A stretch of 64,000 bases of DNA from Paramoeba atlantica (lineage: Eukaryota > Protista > Discosea): positions 29,571 through 93,570 of the forward strand of contig CDRNVI010000093.1 of assembly GCA_977017575.1 (NCBI GenBank). The letters are read 5' to 3'. Position 1 is the first letter of the stretch. Each line of letters begins with the position of its first letter. The notes under the pieces were generated by a model. The model was not told the origin of the DNA, did no database searches, and saw only the letters and a program-made list of their open reading frames with translations. Both the position numbers and the translations under genes were made by a program. This document shows positions 60,452-64,000 of this stretch, piece after piece.

Positions 60452-62020
60452 TCATCCCGCCCTACCCCTATAGTCCAAACGCTGCAGATCCGCGGCTAGC
60501 CCCACCAGAAACCTCTCCAGGACCTCATTCCGGGCCTCGGTGAAACTCCCAGCTGTGGCTGTGGCAATCACCGCGTTCGTTACCCGGTTGTACGCGCGTA
60601 CACAAAACCGTCGCCGCATCGGCACACAGTGACTCTCCACGAACCGGGCCGCATCTAACCCATGGGTTTGGTAGCGTACCCCGCGGCCGATGTCCTTGTT
60701 GTGCTCGAAATAGGATTCCGGGCGCTCCGAGGAGGTCGGGAAGCGACGCAGGGCGGAGGTGAAGAATCCACTCCCCTCGGTCCCGACCGAACCAGCAGAC
60801 GGGGTCGGAACGCTGCATATCGTGTCGAGGTAACTCCGGGGAGGGGGGAGGGGTTGTTTTTGGTACGGCACAGACTCGGTATGGGACATCCACCCCGAGG
60901 GGAGGGGTGGGTCATTCGGATTCCCGGCATACTCACTCCCTTGATAAATTCCCGAGCCGGGATCTTGTAACGCCGCGTCCAACGCCTCTGGAGTCATTGT
61001 GTACATCCGTTGGAGCCCATCCGTGAGGAGACTCGGGGTGGTGGACGTGGTGGAAGGTTCCCCCCTTTTTTCAGCAACCGGGGAGTACGTATTCGAAGAA
61101 GACCACTCTCCCCCCTCTTCTCCCCCCGCCCCTCCCCCCTCCGGCTCTATTTGCACCTCCCACACCGGATCAATCCCACACACCGACATCACCGACAACG
61201 CCACCGACCCTGTCGCATGGGGATACCGTTTCACTACCCGGTGTAGCGCCTCCAACCCCGCCCGTCCCCATGACACAGCAACGGGAGAGGACGCGATCTC
61301 CTCATCGAGAGCAGAAGGAGGAGAAGAGCAAAGCGGAGAAGAAGAGCCACCCCCACCCCCTCCCTCCCCGGGAATCCTAAACCACCTCCTCACCACCTCC
61401 TCCACCTTCCCCCTCCCCCTCTCCATCCTCACCGCCGCCATCAAATGCGCCAACCGCCGCGGCAACGGCGAGGAGGCAAAACGGTCCCCCGGGAGGCACA
61501 GCGAGGTGGAGAAACCATCCGGGGCGTGTAGGCTCCCCGCGAAGAGCCGGGGGGAGGCCCTCCCCCCCTCCTCCCCCCCCTCCCCAGGCCCCCACCCCAG
61601 CTCCAGCAACCCCACCTCCTCCCCCACCATACGCAGGTAGTACGGATGCAGAAACGGAGCCCCGCACCCACGGAGGAACTCCGGGGAGAGGAAAAACGGG
61701 GAGGAGGAGGAGATATCCGGGCCTCCTGTTGTTGTTGTGGGGGTTGTTGTTGTTGTTGTTGTTGCTGGGGGTGGACCCCCCCCTCCCCCCTCCCTGGCCA
61801 CCGGTCCACCCCCCCCACCCCCCTGCCCCCCCACCACCCCCGCCACCAGGGCGTCGTGCACCACGCGCTGGATCAGGCTGTCCCCGAGGGGGTGGAGCGA
61901 GGGGGGGCGCAGCGGGTCGAGGAGCCCCCAGTCCGTCCAGTGGCCCTCCGGGATGCGGAGATGGGCGAAGAGGGGACGGAAGGGGGAGGGGGGGGAGAGA
62001 CGAAGGGTTGGTTTTCGCAT
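60452..62020 (-). CDS. Degenerate RNase III-domain plus C-terminal dsRBD-like protein (mL44/KREPB-like candidate) with Gly/Thr/Pro insertions
   Basis: LHPLGDSLIQRVVHDAL resembles the RNase III LGD signature; LMAAVRMERGRGKVEEVVRRWF resembles the second RNase III helix; the C-terminal RFCVRAYN...ATATAGSFTEARNEVL is dsRBD-like. Confidence 0.55.
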   Translation of the reverse strand: MRKPTLRLSPPSPFRPLFAHLRIPEGHWTDWGLLDPLRPPSLHPLGDSLIQRVVHDALVAGVVGGQGGGGGGPVAREGGGGGPPPATTTTTTTPTTTTGGPDISSSSPFFLSPEFLRGCGAPFLHPYYLRMVGEEVGLLELGWGPGEGGEEGGRASPRLFAGSLHAPDGFSTSLCLPGDRFASSPLPRRLAHLMAAVRMERGRGKVEEVVRRWFRIPGEGGGGGGSSSPLCSSPPSALDEEIASSPVAVSWGRAGLEALHRVVKRYPHATGSVALSVMSVCGIDPVWEVQIEPEGGGAGGEEGGEWSSSNTYSPVAEKRGEPSTTSTTPSLLTDGLQRMYTMTPEALDAALQDPGSGIYQGSEYAGNPNDPPLPSGWMSHTESVPYQKQPLPPPRSYLDTICSVPTPSAGSVGTEGSGFFTSALRRFPTSSERPESYFEHNKDIGRGVRYQTHGLDAARFVESHCVPMRRRFCVRAYNRVTNAVIATATAGSFTEARNEVLERFLVGLAADLQRLDYRGRAG

Positions 62021-62185
62021 GGGGTGGGTGTGGGGGGGGTGTGTGTGTGTTGGTTTTGGGCAAGAGGTTGGGTTTTTAGGGAAGAGGGGAGGGAGGGGGA
62101 GGGGTGAGGAACGGTGAGGTGGAGAGACAAAGGGGGGTAGGGGAGGTTGTCTGGGTCATGTGTGAAGAGGGGTTCTGGTGGTGGG
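60950..62185. other. GC-rich strand-skew island (plus strand C-rich about 61060-61640, G-rich about 61960-62180)
   Basis: Homopolymer runs read directly. Confidence 0.8.
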
Positions 62186-62847
62186 GTTGTGTAAAAGAAC
62201 GGAATGAGTTGGGCTAAAATATTTGAGTATCATGGTATGTGGTAATCATGATAAGGATATAGTCCTGTCTTGTGTTACTTGTAGCTTCAATATACTTTAT
62301 TCGCGCGAAGAAATCTTTTAATAGCTTCAAAAACAAATTACAAATTAAGCGAACGTGCAGATCTTTTGTACGTCGAATATAATGTTTTTGCTTTGTCATA
62401 CCCTGACGCATATTGTAGTGTAGGATTAGTTTCTTCTTAGCCCACTCAATGTACTACTGCGTTCATTCAATATCAAGACATTTATTTTTTGTTCGGATTT
62501 CAAATTTGGGACCTTAATTGTAGTAGTGTAGAAAGTCGTATTATCTAAGACTCAAACTTAGTACGTAAATATGCAACATTGAAAACATGACAAAATTTGA
62601 AGGTAATATCATTGACACAAACAAATCAATATAATCAAGGTCGGGTGTAACTATTAGATAAAATCAAAAATATCTTTTTCTGAAAAATGCAGACACTTAT
62701 AATGAGAAAAAATAATATGAATATAATTCGCAACCTGGAATTAAAGAATCATGAAATTAAAAATAGAACTCTATAAGAAATACTGTTGTCTCGCTCGATG
62801 CGCTCGATTTCCTTTAGCTTTACCGCAACAAAATGCGTAAATCTCCT

Positions 62848-64000
62848 TTAATAACGGTAGTGTGGAGGCTTGTATGGGCCATTCACAGATACATCGATAT
62901 ACTTCGCTTGCGAAGGGAGCAGCTCCGTCAATTTTACGCCCAACATTCCCAGATGCGCACGCGCAACCTTCTCATCAAGCTCCTTGGGCAGAAAGTAGAC
63001 CTCTGTCTGCGCGCCTCGAGGATACTTTTTGGACTCGCGATTGGTCCATAATTCAATCTGAGCGAGTACTTGATTGCTGAAGGAAGTGGACATAACGAAG
63101 GAGGGATGGCCCATGGCGCAGCCCAGGTTCACCAACCGCCCCTCCGCAAGCAGAATGATGCGTCGGCCGTTGCGTAGGGTGAATTGGTCAACTTGGGGCT
63201 TAATCTCCACTCGATCAGCATTTTCCTTCAGCCAGTTGACCTGGAGTTCATTGTCGAAATGACCAATGTTGCACACAATGGTGTTATCCCGCATGCGTCC
63301 AAAGTGTTCACCTCGAATAATGTCTGCATTTCCCGTGCACGTGACAAAAATATGGGTTTGCTCAACGCAATTCTCTACTGTGTTCACCTCGTACCCTTCC
63401 ATACTGGCCTGCAGGGCATTGATAGGGTCAATCTCCGTCACTACGACACGGGCTCCGAAGTTACGAAGGGCTGCCGCGCATCCCTTACCCACGTCTCCAT
63501 ACCCACATACAAGCGCTGTCTTCCCTGCTACCATCACGTCAGTCGCGCGCTTAATACCGTCTAAAAGACTCTCACGACAGCCATAGAGGTTGTCGAATTT
63601 TGACTTCGTTACGCTGTCATTGACATTGATCGAAGGAATGGAGAGGGTACCAGCCTTGGCACGACGGAACAAGTTTTTTACCCCGGTCGTGGTCTCTTCG
63701 GATATGCCATAGATGTTCCGCGCAAGCTCGGGGTGCTGGTCCAACACCATGTTTGTGAGGTCTCCCCCATCGTCGAGAATCATGTTGGGGGCTCCATCGC
63801 CCCCAGTGAAGCCCTTCAGTGTCTGTTCAATGCACCACAGGTATTCTTCCTCTGTCTCTCCCTTCCAGGCAAAAACCGCGACCCCGGTCTTCGCCACCGC
63901 CGCAGCAGCGTGGTCCTGGGTACTAAAAATGTTGCAGGAAGCCCACCGGACCTCGGCGCCCAATTGGGTTAGCGTCTCTATCAGCACTGCGGTCTGGATG
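62848..64000 (-). CDS. AHCY: S-adenosylhomocysteine hydrolase; 5'-partial, continues beyond the window end
   Basis: [91 protein letters not shown] and C-terminal YKPPHYRY. Confidence 0.98.
   Translation of the reverse strand, partial: IQTAVLIETLTQLGAEVRWASCNIFSTQDHAAAAVAKTGVAVFAWKGETEEEYLWCIEQTLKGFTGGDGAPNMILDDGGDLTNMVLDQHPELARNIYGISEETTTGVKNLFRRAKAGTLSIPSINVNDSVTKSKFDNLYGCRESLLDGIKRATDVMVAGKTALVCGYGDVGKGCAAALRNFGARVVVTEIDPINALQASMEGYEVNTVENCVEQTHIFVTCTGNADIIRGEHFGRMRDNTIVCNIGHFDNELQVNWLKENADRVEIKPQVDQFTLRNGRRIILLAEGRLVNLGCAMGHPSFVMSTSFSNQVLAQIELWTNRESKKYPRGAQTEVYFLPKELDEKVARAHLGMLGVKLTELLPSQAKYIDVSVNGPYKPPHYRY

Noticed and set aside
59733-62130. Many plus-strand and alternative-frame ORFs over CCT7 and the RNase III-like gene
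   Set aside because: Same GC-island artefact; the translations are low-complexity with no motifs.
1-64000. Non-standard genetic code (Blastocrithidia-type stop reassignment) or spliceosomal introns
   Set aside because: Conserved genes translate without in-frame stops under the standard code, TAA, TAG and TGA all terminate ORFs, and no conserved protein shows an intron-like interruption.
1-64000. Spliced-leader RNA, rRNA, snRNA or C/D snoRNA genes
   Set aside because: I found no SL core (ACAGTTTCTGTACT-like) or rRNA/snRNA hallmark by eye, and isolated TGATGA motifs lack paired D boxes. An Infernal/Rfam scan would be needed to exclude divergent copies.

Overview
Eukaryotic DNA, most likely from a kinetoplastid. 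About 32 intron-less genes all lie head-to-tail on the minus strand across 64 kb, as one directional (polycistronic-type) gene cluster. A stand-alone SDH2N half-gene points to Euglenozoa. The compact spacing, a short-repeat LRR gene and the many apparently mitochondrion-targeted proteins suggest a Perkinsela-like (prokinetoplastid) organism; this is inference, not a database result. Recognisable genes: SLX1, succinyl-CoA ligase beta, a SpoU/TrmH methyltransferase, RPL26, FARSB, DUS1, SDH2N, DCC1, WDR55, GPR107-like, two EGF-like paralogues, FIST, SET, LRR, GNAT, SEC23, an HMG-box protein, biotin ligase, CCT7, an RNase III/dsRBD-like protein and AHCY (partial). Four things stand out beyond the ORF track. 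(1) An untracked ORF at the left edge encodes a UBA domain plus five tandem double zinc-finger modules, each with an atypical H-P-C-x6-C-x5-C finger. (2) A TA-flanked Tc1/mariner DNA transposon relic with 151-bp TIRs sits beside several other TA-flanked or inverted-repeat miniature elements, which is unexpected because class II elements are not reported from the model trypanosomatid genomes. (3) There are dispersed non-coding hairpin and repeat families. (4) Recurrent GC-rich islands with a C-to-G strand-skew switch overlie gene 5' ends. No rRNA, tRNA, SL RNA or CRISPR array was recognised.
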